Assembly: GCA_963695545.1 (NCBI GenBank) | Contig: OY968796.1 | Location: 224,001 to 288,000, forward strand | Direction: 5' to 3' | Length of the DNA: 64,000 bases | Origin: Terriglobia bacterium | GTDB lineage: Bacteria; Acidobacteriota; Terriglobia; Acidiferrales; UBA7541 | Shown here: positions 11,014 through 21,327 of the stretch, piece by piece | Layout: the number at the start of each line of letters is the position of its first letter | Position numbering within the stretch: the first letter of the stretch is position 1 | Program-made: the position numbers and the translations under genes | Notes under the pieces: model-generated | What the model was told of the DNA's origin: nothing | Databases searched by the model: none | Seen by the model: the letters and a program-made list of their open reading frames with translations, nothing else

Positions 11014-12191
11014 CGTCCAAGCTCCGGAACATCAATCCACGCGCGCTCAGCCGACGATTTCAATCCCAGCTCCGCCAACTGCACGCCCTTCGCGCCCTCC
11101 AGCAGCGTCCAGTCGAACGGTTCTCCCGCCACCACGTGCCGCAAAAATAATTCCCACTCTGCCTTGAACGCATTGTCGTAGGATTTTTCGCCCGCAAAAG
11201 TTTGCCAGTTGTCGACATATCGAATCGTGCTCGGTACATCCGGATTCCACACCGGCCGCGGCGTTTCACCGTACGACTGCGTCCAGCAATCGCGCAATCC
11301 GGCCACGGCCGTGCCCTTCGTGCCGTCCACTTGCAGCGTGAGCAAATCGTCGCGCCGCACGCGCACGCACCACGAAGAATTGATGTGCGCCACCGCGCCG
11401 CCTTCAATCTCGAACGTCGCGTAAGCCGAATCTTCCGCCGTGCATTCATACGGCTTCCCGTTTTCATCCCAGCGCTGCGGAATGTGCGTTGCGCCGCGGC
11501 ACGACACCGCCTTCACGCTTCCGAACAAATGATCCAGCACGTAACGCCAATGGCAGAGCATGTCCATGATGATGCCGCCGCCATCTTCCTTGCGATAATT
11601 CCACGAAGGCCGTTGCGCCGGAACCGTATCGCCTTCAAAAACCCAGTAACCGAATTCCCCGCGCACCGAAATGATCCGCCCGAAAAATCCCTGATCGCGC
11701 AGCGCCGCCAGTTTCAGCATGCCCGGCACCCACAATTTGTCCTGCACCACCCCGTGTTTCACTCCCGCCTTTTCCGCAAGCTCGTAAAGCTCGTAGGCCT
11801 CGGCCAGCGAATTCGCCGTGGGCTTCTCGCAGTAAATATGTTTGCCCGCCGCAATCGCCTGGCGCACGGCTGCCGCACGCCGGTCCGTCGTCTGCGCGTC
11901 GAAGTAAATCGAATTGCCCGGATCGGCAAGCGCCTCGCCAAGATTCGTCGTCCACCGCGCGCCGCCCGCTGCCGCAGCGAGCTGTTCGAGCTTTGCCGCG
12001 TTGCGCCCCACCAGCACCGGCACGGGCATGATCGTTTCGCCCGAAGCCAATTTCACGCCGCCCTGTTCGCGAATCGCCAGGATCGAGCGGTGCAAATGCT
12101 GATTCGTGCCCATGCGCCCGGTGACGCCATTCATGATCACGCCGACCGTGTGCACCTTGCGCGCCGCGTCACTGTCCGATGAAGACGTCAC
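11010..12191 (-). CDS. Gfo/Idh/MocA-family oxidoreductase
   Basis: NGVTGRMG, HIYCEKP, GGGIIMDMLCH. GTG start overlaps the cupin stop (GTGA). Confidence 0.9.
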   Translation of the reverse strand: MTSSSDSDAARKVHTVGVIMNGVTGRMGTNQHLHRSILAIREQGGVKLASGETIMPVPVLVGRNAAKLEQLAAAAGGARWTTNLGEALADPGNSIYFDAQTTDRRAAAVRQAIAAGKHIYCEKPTANSLAEAYELYELAEKAGVKHGVVQDKLWVPGMLKLAALRDQGFFGRIISVRGEFGYWVFEGDTVPAQRPSWNYRKEDGGGIIMDMLCHWRYVLDHLFGSVKAVSCRGATHIPQRWDENGKPYECTAEDSAYATFEIEGGAVAHINSSWCVRVRRDDLLTLQVDGTKGTAVAGLRDCWTQSYGETPRPVWNPDVPSTIRYVDNWQTFAGEKSYDNAFKAEWELFLRHVVAGEPFDWTLLEGAKGVQLAELGLKSSAERAWIDVPELGR

Positions 12192-12637
12192 GCCTCGGGC
12201 CCTTCGGTGTATTGCGGCCACGCTCCCGCCGGCAGCGGCGGCGCTTCTGCTCCCGCTTTCGGCAGCGTGCCCGAAAGTTCCTGCCGCCAATGCGCCACGT
12301 CTCCCGCCGGCCCGTAGCAATAAATCATGCGCAGCGGCTCTTCGCCCGTGTTCGTGAGCTGATGAAACACGCCCGATGGAATGAACACCGCCTGACCCGC
12401 ATGCACGATCTGCCGTTCCGCGCCCAAACACATTTCGCCCGCGCCCGCGACGATGAAATAAATTTCCTCTTGCTCCTGGTTGTGCCACGGCACTTGCCCG
12501 CCGCGCGGATCGAGCGTCACGTTCCCCATGCAAAATTCTGGAATCTTAATCGGCGATGCTCCGCCCACCAAATTCTGCGTGCGACGACGCGCCGGATACC
12601 GGCGCCCTTCGATCTTTTCAAGATCGGCGACAATCAT
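12188..12637 (-). CDS. Cupin-domain protein
   Basis: PWHNQEQEEIY...G.G and IPSGVFHQLTNTG cupin motifs. ATGA overlap with the upstream gene. Confidence 0.9.
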   Translation of the reverse strand: MIVADLEKIEGRRYPARRRTQNLVGGASPIKIPEFCMGNVTLDPRGGQVPWHNQEQEEIYFIVAGAGEMCLGAERQIVHAGQAVFIPSGVFHQLTNTGEEPLRMIYCYGPAGDVAHWRQELSGTLPKAGAEAPPLPAGAWPQYTEGPEA

Positions 12638-13989
12638 CCTCGTTCTCCCAAAATATTCCCCCAGAAGACCAAATACTTTTCTTTCGCGGCCACACGCTGG
12701 ACATACAGCGCCGCCTCGCGCGCGTGATAATCGCCCCACATGCTCGATTCGCCGCACGGCACCTTGCGTTTCGGCGGCACGTAATCCCATCCGTTCGGGC
12801 GATGATACACCGAGTGCAGAATCAGCCCTTCGTGCTTCGGATCAACCGAAAGATACGGCTCGTCCAGCAGCGTATCGAGCACCGTGAGTCCCGCCTGCCA
12901 ATAGCGCCGGCCCGCCGCGCCCAGCGCGTGCCCCAGCCGCAGCAACCCCTGCGCCGCAATCGTCGCAGCCGAACTATCGACCGGCTCAAACGCGTTGAAT
13001 GGATCGGCGCGCTTCGATCTCCAATCGCCCAAGCTGCGCAAACCAGGCGCTCCCGTGTCCCAATAAGGAATCCCATCCGCGGCCGTGGCCTTCTCGATGT
13101 AATAATCGCAGGTCGCACGCGCCGCCACAGTGAGCAGCGGAAGAATTTTCTTGCGCCCCATCGCGCGCAAAAACTCGATCTGCTCGGCGAACCCGCACAT
13201 CGCCCACGCAAGCCCGCGCGTCCACGTACTGAACGCCGAATATCCCTGCTGCGAATTCGGGCAGCGAAACGTACCCGTGCGCGCATCAAAAATCGCCTCA
13301 TGCGCCACGCGCCCGCGCACATCGTAAATATCGCGCCCGCGCCCGTAATAAACGCAATAATTCGCCGTCGCCTCGGCGTGCTGTTCCAACCGCTCGAGCA
13401 ATGAACTTTTCTTGCCGTTCTCCTCCGTCAGCGCTTGCCCCAATCCATGCGCCACTCCCAGCGAGCGCAATGAGCGAATCGTGTCGACGAAAAGCGAATG
13501 CGCGCCGTTGAACGAATAAATGTACCCGCCGCCCTTCGCCAAATTCGTCCAGCGCCGCGCCTGCACCGCGCCGCTCGCCTGAAGCGCCAACGCGTAAAAT
13601 TCCCGCTCCCATTTGTTTTCCGGAATGCGTCCTTCACCCATCAGCCGATAAAGAGTGCCGTATGTGCTGATGTTGTTGAACCCATGGTCATGCCCGCCGA
13701 AATTCGTGACGTGCGGCGCCATGAATTTCAAAGTTTGCGCGCGCCCCAATTCCAGAAATTCCCGTTCGCCCGTGGCATCGAACTGCAGTAGCGCCGAGCC
13801 AAACTGAAATCCTTGCGTCCAATCCGTCCAGCCGCGCCGCGTGTATTTCCCGCGCACAGTGAAAACGGGCGCGCCTTTCGCGGGATTGAATGTGCGCTCG
13901 ATCCGGCGCACTTTTTCTCCCGAGCGCTCCCAGAATCGCCGCAGCTTCGCGGTGAAATCTTCGGTCCGAATTTTGAAATCCACCTTCAT
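12634..13989 (-). CDS. Glycoside hydrolase family 88-like (unsaturated glucuronyl hydrolase-like)
   Basis: WTDWTQGF, HDHGF, FVDT, WTRGLAW, DSSAATI, WGDY motifs of GH88/GH105 (alpha/alpha)6 barrels. Confidence 0.8.
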   Translation of the reverse strand: MKVDFKIRTEDFTAKLRRFWERSGEKVRRIERTFNPAKGAPVFTVRGKYTRRGWTDWTQGFQFGSALLQFDATGEREFLELGRAQTLKFMAPHVTNFGGHDHGFNNISTYGTLYRLMGEGRIPENKWEREFYALALQASGAVQARRWTNLAKGGGYIYSFNGAHSLFVDTIRSLRSLGVAHGLGQALTEENGKKSSLLERLEQHAEATANYCVYYGRGRDIYDVRGRVAHEAIFDARTGTFRCPNSQQGYSAFSTWTRGLAWAMCGFAEQIEFLRAMGRKKILPLLTVAARATCDYYIEKATAADGIPYWDTGAPGLRSLGDWRSKRADPFNAFEPVDSSAATIAAQGLLRLGHALGAAGRRYWQAGLTVLDTLLDEPYLSVDPKHEGLILHSVYHRPNGWDYVPPKRKVPCGESSMWGDYHAREAALYVQRVAAKEKYLVFWGNILGERG

Positions 13990-14103
13990 CGCGCTAAAAT
14001 CGCTCCCGCCGCGTGAGTGGCCAACGCCCGGAAATTGTACCGGAATTGCTTGAGATATGCCGAAGCCCGGCAAAATCGGAACCAACATGGAAGCGAGTCC
14101 CGA

Positions 14104-15153
14104 ATGAAAGCACTGTTCCTCGACGCACCAGGTGAATGGGCGGTCCGCGATATTCCCGCTCCGCAGATGGGAACCGGCGAAGTGTTGCTGCGCGTCCGCT
14201 ACGTCGGACTCTGCGGCACTGACCTCAGCACATTCCGCGGCAAAAACGCCCTCGTGCAATTTCCGCGAATTCCCGGCCACGAAATCTCCGCCACCATCGA
14301 GCGTGCCGGTGCCGAAGTCCCCGCGAATCTGCGCCCCGGGACAAACGTCACACTGCTCCCTTACAAGAGCTGCGGCTATTGCCCCTCCTGCCGCGCGGGA
14401 CGATTCAATACCTGCCGCGTGAACCAAACTCTTGGCGTGCAGCGCGACGGTGCGATGGCCGAATGGATCGTCGTGCCGTGGGAAAAAGTCCGCACGTCGG
14501 ATAAGCTTTCGCTCCGCGAATTGTGCCTGGTCGAGCCGCTCACCATTGGAGCGCACGCCGTGTCCCGCGGCCGCGTCACCGCGAAAGATACCGTTCTCGT
14601 GATCGGCAGCGGCACCGTGGGCCTCGGCGCGATCGCCGCCGCCGCGCACCGCGGCGCAACAGTCATCGCACTCGATATGGATGAAGGCAAGCTCGCCGTC
14701 GCCAAGCGCGCCGGCGCCGCGCACATCATCCGCGCCTCACAAGACGAAGGCGCCGCCGGCTCATCCGTCCGCGAACAACTTCTCGCGCTCACTTCCGGCG
14801 ATGGACCGAACGTAGTGATCGAAGCCGTGGGCACGCCCGAGACTTTCCGTCTCGCCGTCGATGTGGCCGCCTTCGCCGGCCGCGTCGTCTACATCGGTTT
14901 CGCCAAGGAACCCGTCAGCTACGAAACGCGATGGTTCATCCTCAAGGAGCTCGACATTCTCGGCTCGCGCAACGCCACGCCCGAGGATTTCGAGGCGGTC
15001 ATCGCCATGCTCGAACGCCGCGAATTTCCCGTGGATGAAGCGGTTGGTTCCGTCGTGCCTCTCGAAGAAGCCGGCGAAGCCCTGCGCGCCTGGTCCGAAA
15101 ATCCATTCAGCTTCCGCAAAATCCAGGTCGAGGTCAGCTCCGCAGCGCCCTGA
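14104..15153 (+). CDS. Zinc-binding alcohol/sugar-acid dehydrogenase
   Basis: GLCGTD, GHE, CGYCPSC...C, GSGTVG, GSRNA. Confidence 0.92.
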   Translation: MKALFLDAPGEWAVRDIPAPQMGTGEVLLRVRYVGLCGTDLSTFRGKNALVQFPRIPGHEISATIERAGAEVPANLRPGTNVTLLPYKSCGYCPSCRAGRFNTCRVNQTLGVQRDGAMAEWIVVPWEKVRTSDKLSLRELCLVEPLTIGAHAVSRGRVTAKDTVLVIGSGTVGLGAIAAAAHRGATVIALDMDEGKLAVAKRAGAAHIIRASQDEGAAGSSVREQLLALTSGDGPNVVIEAVGTPETFRLAVDVAAFAGRVVYIGFAKEPVSYETRWFILKELDILGSRNATPEDFEAVIAMLERREFPVDEAVGSVVPLEEAGEALRAWSENPFSFRKIQVEVSSAAP

Positions 15154-15192
15154 TCGCGTGCGGATCCAACCTGTAAATCTATAGTGAATTGC

Positions 15193-15600
15193 CTATCGGG
15201 AGAGTTTTTCGATCGTTTGCTGCAGCTTGCGGTGCGGCTTGTGAATGTCGTCGTACACCGCGATGGAAGCTACCACCAACACCCACACGGGGAAAATCGC
15301 CATCCCGGGAATTGCCTCGGTAATCAAGCCCGGCAGAATCGCCCAGCGCTTGCCCAGAATCAGAAACAGCAGTCCCGCCGTCGTCAGATCGATAATCCAC
15401 TGAACCGGGGGAACAAATTCGGTCCAGAACGAAATCAGATCGGAAATCGCCGCGACGCCAAACGCCAGTGCCCAGCGCTTCCAGCCCATGCGCTTGGCGC
15501 CAGTCATTTCGCGCTCGACAATCACCGCAGGCGTTTCGCCGGCGGAAACCGCCAAGTCGTGATTGGGCTCTTGGCTCATCGCTAACATATATGGTGCCAC
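15193..15600 (-). CDS. Hypothetical small membrane protein
   Basis: Three hydrophobic segments and an EAIPG...FPVW motif. Start uncertain (alternative ATG at 15579). Confidence 0.7.
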   Translation of the reverse strand: MAPYMLAMSQEPNHDLAVSAGETPAVIVEREMTGAKRMGWKRWALAFGVAAISDLISFWTEFVPPVQWIIDLTTAGLLFLILGKRWAILPGLITEAIPGMAIFPVWVLVVASIAVYDDIHKPHRKLQQTIEKLSR

Positions 15601-15700
15601 CTTCCCCGCGCGCCCGCAAGCTCTCGGCGTGCCGGAGCGTATTCGGACGTGCTAGGATTGCACCACTCGCAGCTCCTGCGAAGCCACTTGGGGGGATTCG

Positions 15701-17311
15701 ATGAGAAAGGCGCTTGGATACGGTCTCATCGCGATTGGTGTTTTGATTATCCTCGCGCTGATTCTTCCGTTTTTCATCAGTGTCAACAATTTTCGCCCCA
15801 CGATCGAGCAGAGGCTTTCGACCGCTCTCGGACGCCAAGTGCAGGTTGGAAATCTCAGTCTCTGGGCCTTCTCCGGCGTGGTTTCCGCCAAAGATCTCTC
15901 CATCTCGGACGACCCCGCGTTCGGCACCTCTCCGTTCCTGACGGCCAAGTCGCTCGATGTCGGCGTCGAAATGATGCCGCTGATTTTTTCGCGCACGCTG
16001 CACATCACCAGCCTGACGATCCAATCGCCGCAGGTGACTCTGTTGCACAATCCCGCGGGCCGTTGGAATTTTTCTTCGCTGGCCGCAGGTTCCGCGTCCG
16101 CGCCGTCCGCGCCGTCGAGCGGCGCGGCCTCCACGCTGGTCGTCGAAAAACTCGATCTCGATGATGGCCAACTCACCGTTGGCTCCACAACTTCCTCGAA
16201 GCGCAGCGTCTATAGCAACGTCGACCTCGAAATCACGAATCTTTCTCCGTCGTCGCAGTTCCCGATCAAGCTCACCGCGACGCTCCCGGGCGGCGGAAAA
16301 CTTATTGTCGACGGCCAAGCCGGCCCTCTCGACGCAACCGATGCCGCGCTCACGCCCGTCAACGCCAAGCTTGAAATCGACAGCCTCGATCTCGTCAAGA
16401 CCGGCTTCCTCGATCCGAACGCGGGCGTCAGCGGCATCGCCGATCTGAACTGCACAATTCAATCCACTGCCGGCCAAGCCGAGCTGCAAGGCACCGTCGA
16501 CCTCTCGAAGCTGCAAGTCGTGAAGGGCGGCTCTCCCGCCACCACGCCCGTCGACGTCAGTTTCGATTCCACTTTCGACATGCAGCACAGCACTGGCGTC
16601 ATCAAACAAGGCAGCGTCACCATCGGCAAAGCCGTCACTCATCTTTCCGGCACATTCGATCTCAGCGGCGATACTCCCGCCATCAGCGTGAAGCTCACGG
16701 GGCAGGATATGCCCGTGCCTGATCTCGAATCTGTGCTTCCGGCCGTCGGAGTAGTGCTTCCCAGCGGCGCCTCGCTCGAATCCGGCACGCTCACGACAAA
16801 TCTCAGCGCCTCGGGCCCCACCACCGCGCTCGTCACCACCGGCAACGTCGCTCTCGCAAACGCCAAGCTCGGCGGATTCAATCTCGGCTCGCAGTTGGCC
16901 GCGCTTTCCGCCTTCTCCGCTGTGAGCAAAGCTACCAGCACGACCATCGAGAAGTTAACGTCCAACTTGCGCGTCACCGTCGACGGCACCGCGCTCGATC
17001 ACCTCGACATGGTCGTCGACGGCATTGGTGAGATGACCGGCGGCGGAACGGTTTCCGCGACGCGCGCTCTCGATTTTCAGATGGTCGCGTCGCTCAGTGT
17101 CGGCGGATCAATTGGCAATGCGCTTAGCGGCTTGACCGGCAACAAGAACATGAAGCTCGGGATTCCATTCCACATCGGTGGAACAACATCCAGTCCGACC
17201 TTCGCGCCGGGCGGAAGTTCCGCGTCCGCATCTTCCGGCGGCGGCTCGGCCGGCGCCAACGCCGCGGCCAGCGCGCTCGGCGGCCTCTTCAAGAAGAAAA
17301 AAAGCCAATAG
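15701..17311 (+). CDS. AsmA-family protein
   Basis: N-terminal anchor, FRPTIEQRLSTALGRQV, G.WNFSSL, beta-rich repeats. Confidence 0.85.
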   Translation: MRKALGYGLIAIGVLIILALILPFFISVNNFRPTIEQRLSTALGRQVQVGNLSLWAFSGVVSAKDLSISDDPAFGTSPFLTAKSLDVGVEMMPLIFSRTLHITSLTIQSPQVTLLHNPAGRWNFSSLAAGSASAPSAPSSGAASTLVVEKLDLDDGQLTVGSTTSSKRSVYSNVDLEITNLSPSSQFPIKLTATLPGGGKLIVDGQAGPLDATDAALTPVNAKLEIDSLDLVKTGFLDPNAGVSGIADLNCTIQSTAGQAELQGTVDLSKLQVVKGGSPATTPVDVSFDSTFDMQHSTGVIKQGSVTIGKAVTHLSGTFDLSGDTPAISVKLTGQDMPVPDLESVLPAVGVVLPSGASLESGTLTTNLSASGPTTALVTTGNVALANAKLGGFNLGSQLAALSAFSAVSKATSTTIEKLTSNLRVTVDGTALDHLDMVVDGIGEMTGGGTVSATRALDFQMVASLSVGGSIGNALSGLTGNKNMKLGIPFHIGGTTSSPTFAPGGSSASASSGGGSAGANAAASALGGLFKKKKSQ

Positions 17312-17318
17312 TTCGCCG

Positions 17319-18080
17319 TCAATACAGAATCACAGCGACGCGATATCCGCCGAAGCCGTCGCTGCGGTCGCTCGCGCACGCGCCCACGGCCGCTTGGTGG
17401 TAACGCCCGCTCGCGATCGTGCGATTCAGCGCGTCAGGAAAATCATCGAGCGAAGCCGTGTCGAATCGCGTGAAATAAAATGCGCGTGTGCCGCCGCTCG
17501 GCTCGCGGCCTGATGCGCACGCGCGGCGCGCTTCTTCGTGGTCGCTTATCAATTCGAGGCCGCGCGATTTCACGAGCTGCTCCAATCGTGCTTCCTGCTG
17601 CTCGATCGTCAGCGCCGTCACGGCGTGCGAAAAATCCTCCACGGCGTACAATTCCCCGCCGCGCTCGACGACCGCGATACCGATCGTGTTCATTTCCGGA
17701 TCGAGAATATTTTCGCGATGCGGCGGCGAATTCATCCAACCGGTGTGCAGATCAGTCTCGGTCGGCGCGAGCGCAACATTTTCAGCCAGCGCGATGAAGT
17801 TGGCTCCCGCGTTCTTGGCGCGCGCTTCAAGTCCCGGCTCGCCCGGAAATTGGTGCGAGAGCGCGCCGCGTTGCGCCATCTGTTCGGCGTGTTGTCGCGC
17901 GGAAACGGCGAGCGCATCGTCCCAGGCAAGTTCCGGCACGTTGCGCGCCGTGCGCTCGCGATTGGTCGCGTCGAACAAAAACCTCTCCGCGCCCGAGGCA
18001 GGCGGTCCGGCCCAGACCTTCGCCTGCATCGAAAGCGCCAACGCCAGCGCGATCATCACCGCATAGCGTCCGCGTATCAT
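17319..18080 (-). CDS. CAP/SCP-domain secreted protein
   Basis: Signal peptide; NRER, HAEQM, SHQ, AENVA, WMNSPPHRENIL. Confidence 0.9.
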   Translation of the reverse strand: MIRGRYAVMIALALALSMQAKVWAGPPASGAERFLFDATNRERTARNVPELAWDDALAVSARQHAEQMAQRGALSHQFPGEPGLEARAKNAGANFIALAENVALAPTETDLHTGWMNSPPHRENILDPEMNTIGIAVVERGGELYAVEDFSHAVTALTIEQQEARLEQLVKSRGLELISDHEEARRACASGREPSGGTRAFYFTRFDTASLDDFPDALNRTIASGRYHQAAVGACASDRSDGFGGYRVAVILY

Positions 18081-18185
18081 GCCAGTCCTCGCATCCTTTA
18101 TGTATGAACCCCGTTCGTGCGATTTACACTCGCGGCGGTGCGGGCGGTGTCCATTTAATGCATAGCCCGTAGTACACTCCGCGGC

Positions 18186-19736
18186 ATGGCCAAGCCCATC
18201 TCAAGCGCGCCGAGCCGGCGCGAGGCGTTGCTGCTCGGCGCCAAACTCGCGGCGGGCGCAGCCGTGCTCGGACCCGCGAACCTGCTCGGTTCGCGCGTGC
18301 TCGCGGCGCAAGGCAGCGGTGCGCGGCCAACGCAAACCGGTCGCGCGACGGCCGCACCGAAGGCCGGCGCCGCGGCGGCGGCGCGCGTGTTCGACGTGCG
18401 CGACTATGGCGCGGTCGGCGATGGCACGACGCTCGACACTGCGGCGATACAGCGGGCGATCGATGCGGCCGCGGCCGCAGCAGCGGAATCGGCTGCGGCG
18501 ACGACGACGGCGACAGCGAGTGGCGCGGCGGCGAGCGCGCGCGTGTTGCTGCGCGGCGGGAAGCGCTACCTCGTTGGAACGCTCGTGCTGCGCAGCGGGA
18601 TCGACTTCCATCTCGCGGACGACGCGGAGTTGCGCGTCAGCACGCAGCAAGCGGATTACACCGCGGCCGCGGTGCTGACGGCGCAAGATGCGAAAGGGTT
18701 GCGCGTTTCGGGAACGGGGAAGATTAATGGGCGCGGCCTGGAATTCATGAGCGGCTACGACAAAGTGCACGAATGGTGGTTGCCGAAAGGATGGCGGCCG
18801 AGACTTTTTCAGCTCGTCGGCTGCGGCGATCTGGTGGTGCGCGACATCACGGTGGCTGGGGCGCCATCGTGGAGCGTGCACCTGATTGGGTGCGACGGCG
18901 TGCTTGTCGACAACGTCAAAATACGGAACGAGCTACAAATTCCGAATTGCGACGGCATCGATCCCGATCATTGCCGCAACGTCGAGATTCGCAATTGCGA
19001 TATCGTCTGCGGCGACGACGCGATCGCGATCAAGACCAGCAAGCAATATATTTCCTACGGCGCGTCGTCCAACATTCACGTCCACGATTGCAAAATGACC
19101 ACGCAGGACGCGGGCGTGAAAATCGGCACCGAAACGTTTTCGGACATTTCGGGCGTGCGCATCGAGCGCTGCCAGATCGTGCAATCGAGCCGCGGGCTCG
19201 GCATTCAGTTGCGCGATTCCGCGAACGTCAGCGACATCGAATTCAGCGACATCCAATTCATGTCGCGCTACTTCTCCGACCCCTGGTGGGGGCGCGGCGA
19301 AGGCATTTCGCTGACGGCCATCCCTCGCACGCCGCAATCAACCATCGGCACGTTGTGCGGCGTGCGAATCCACAACATCACAGGGCGCGCCGAAAACAGC
19401 GTGCGCGTGGAAGGCAGCGCCGCAAGCCGCATTCAGGGCATCACGCTCCAAAACGTGGCGATCACGCTCGATCGCTGGACGAAATACCCGGGCGGCATGT
19501 TCGACAACCGACCGACTTCCGCGGAGCCCGATATCGAAAAGCACTCGACGCCGGGATACGGCATTCGCCACGCCGATCAGGTGCGCGTGAAGCAGTGCAG
19601 CGTGGCGTGGGGCACGCATCTGCCGGATTATTTCTCCCACGCGCTCGAAGCCGAGGACGCGCACGGCCTTGAACTTTCCGGCTTCTCGGGCCGCGCGGCG
19701 CATCCCGAACGCGACTCCGATATCTCGATCATCTAG
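18186..19736 (+). CDS. Glycoside hydrolase family 28 (polygalacturonase-like), Tat-exported
   Basis: SRREALL Tat motif; YGAVGDG; NCDGIDPD; GDDAIAIK; VKIGTE. Confidence 0.88.
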   Translation: MAKPISSAPSRREALLLGAKLAAGAAVLGPANLLGSRVLAAQGSGARPTQTGRATAAPKAGAAAAARVFDVRDYGAVGDGTTLDTAAIQRAIDAAAAAAAESAAATTTATASGAAASARVLLRGGKRYLVGTLVLRSGIDFHLADDAELRVSTQQADYTAAAVLTAQDAKGLRVSGTGKINGRGLEFMSGYDKVHEWWLPKGWRPRLFQLVGCGDLVVRDITVAGAPSWSVHLIGCDGVLVDNVKIRNELQIPNCDGIDPDHCRNVEIRNCDIVCGDDAIAIKTSKQYISYGASSNIHVHDCKMTTQDAGVKIGTETFSDISGVRIERCQIVQSSRGLGIQLRDSANVSDIEFSDIQFMSRYFSDPWWGRGEGISLTAIPRTPQSTIGTLCGVRIHNITGRAENSVRVEGSAASRIQGITLQNVAITLDRWTKYPGGMFDNRPTSAEPDIEKHSTPGYGIRHADQVRVKQCSVAWGTHLPDYFSHALEAEDAHGLELSGFSGRAAHPERDSDISII

Positions 19737-19765
19737 TTCCAATCCCAATCGCCCTCCCCCGATTG

Positions 19766-19881
19766 AAGCAATGCGCTCCGCGCAGTCCGGCCGATTTAAG
19801 CAATGCGCTCCGCGCAGTCCGGCCGATTTAAGCAATGCGCTCCGCGCAGTCCGGCCGATTTAAGCAATGCGCTCCGCGCAG
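19766..19881. repeat. 32-bp tandem repeat, about 3.6 copies
   Basis: AAGCAATGCGCTCCGCGCAGTCCGGCCGATTT at 19766, 19798 and 19830, partial at 19862. Confidence 0.97.
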
Positions 19882-19899
19882 CCCGGCTCGCCGCGCCCG

Positions 19900-21114
19900 T
19901 CAGTGCGGCAAGAGGCCCACTGGCGGGGCGGGCGGCACCTCAAGGAAGCGCACGGCGAAGGGATACGGCACGGAAACAGGGGGCTGGTTCTCGGTCAGCT
20001 TGCCGGTGACGGGATCGATGGCGAAGACCACGACATTTTCACTGTCGTGGTTGGCGACGATCAGCCAGTGGCCGGTTGGATCGAAATCGAAATTGCGCGG
20101 GAATTTTCCTTCGGTGGAAACTTGCTCGACGGGGGTGAGCTGGCCGGTCACCGCGTCGATGGAAAAAACCGCGAGCGTGTTCGCGCCGCGATTGGAAGCG
20201 TAAAGAAAATTACCGCTGGGATCTACGCGGACCTCGGCGGCGGTGCTGGGGCTCAGGTAACCTTCGGGCAGAGTGGAGACGCGTTGCCGCTCGGTGAGCA
20301 CGCCGCGCGTGGAATCCCAGGAAAAAACCGTGACCGTGCTGGCCATCTCGCTCAAGAGGTAGGCGAATTTTCCATTGGGCGAAAACACCATGTGCCGCGG
20401 GCCGGAAGCCGCCGGCGCTTGGGCGAATGGCGGATCGTTGGGCGTGAGCGTGCCGGCGAACGCATCGAAGCGATAGATGTGCACTTGATCGAGACCAAGA
20501 TCGGGCACCAAAACGAATTGGTTTGTTGGGTCCGCGCGAATCGAATGCGGATGCGGTTGCGGCTGGCGCACGGGATCGGCGCCGTGGCCGGTGTAGGCGA
20601 TGTTCGCGGTGCGCGCGCCGATGCTGCCGTCAGGCGCGATGGCGAACGCCGAGACGGTCGCACCGGTGTAGTTGGCGACGAACAGCGTGTGGCCCGTGGC
20701 GTCGAGGCTGACGTATGCCGGATTCGCGCTGCCGCTCGGCACGGTGTTGAGCAGCGTGAGATGCGCGGTGGTTGGATCGACGGCATACGCGCTAACGCCG
20801 CCGGTCGGCTGGCCGGCCAGAGTGTTTTCCGAAACCGTGGCGTAAAGATGGCTGCCGGTGGAATCGAGAATAAAATATCCCGGCGCGTCGGCCTGCATCA
20901 GAAATTGCGGAAAGCTGAGAAGTCCCGTTTGCGAATCGAATCGCGCGATGGAAAAGCCGCGGCCCGGCATGTCCACATGCGTGCCGAAGAAGACCCAGGA
21001 ATCTTGCGCGCGCGCGACACCGCACGCCGCGCACGCAAGCAACAATGTGAGAGCCAAGCGCGACGCGAAGCCCTTGGTCGTCTTGGTTACCGTTCTTCTC
21101 ATGGTCGTCGGCAC
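19900..21114 (-). CDS. Lactonase family beta-propeller (6-phosphogluconolactonase-like), exported
   Basis: ANY, RQPQPHPH, DLGLD, GPRH, SNRG, PRNF motifs. RBS GAGGAGG before GTG. Confidence 0.92.
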   Translation of the reverse strand: MPTTMRRTVTKTTKGFASRLALTLLLACAACGVARAQDSWVFFGTHVDMPGRGFSIARFDSQTGLLSFPQFLMQADAPGYFILDSTGSHLYATVSENTLAGQPTGGVSAYAVDPTTAHLTLLNTVPSGSANPAYVSLDATGHTLFVANYTGATVSAFAIAPDGSIGARTANIAYTGHGADPVRQPQPHPHSIRADPTNQFVLVPDLGLDQVHIYRFDAFAGTLTPNDPPFAQAPAASGPRHMVFSPNGKFAYLLSEMASTVTVFSWDSTRGVLTERQRVSTLPEGYLSPSTAAEVRVDPSGNFLYASNRGANTLAVFSIDAVTGQLTPVEQVSTEGKFPRNFDFDPTGHWLIVANHDSENVVVFAIDPVTGKLTENQPPVSVPYPFAVRFLEVPPAPPVGLLPH

Positions 21115-21138
21115 GTTAGCCTCCTCGGAACTGGCGGC

Positions 21139-21167
21139 AACGTAGAGGAGGCGGTTTGGAATGTCAA
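21139..21167 (-). promoter_or_regulatory. Sigma70-type promoter of the lactonase gene
   Basis: TTGACA-17 bp-TACGTT on the minus strand. Confidence 0.6.
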
Positions 21168-21232
21168 GCCGCAGCGCGGGCGGCGCGAGCGTGGGATATA
21201 AATAGTCGTTATGGATATCGGCGCGGGCATGG

Positions 21233-21288
21233 CACCCCCCTCCCCCCCTGGGTGTTTTTCGGAAGTATTGTTTCTAAAGGACTTTAAG
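21233..21288. repeat. Left part of a 39-bp periodic intergenic repeat element, interrupted by the IS
   Basis: C-run, TGTTTTT, then motif GAAGTATTGTTTCTAAAGGACTT; continues at 23704-23790. Confidence 0.75.
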
Positions 21289-21327
21289 CAAGATGATTCA
21301 CTTGACAAAAGTACGGCGGGTGCGCGT

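Noticed and set aside
13990..14724. N-terminal extension of the GH88-like ORF
   Set aside because: It is antisense to the Zn-dehydrogenase gene; the plausible start is 13989.
19766..19881. CRISPR array
   Set aside because: Units are contiguous with no spacers, and there are no cas genes.
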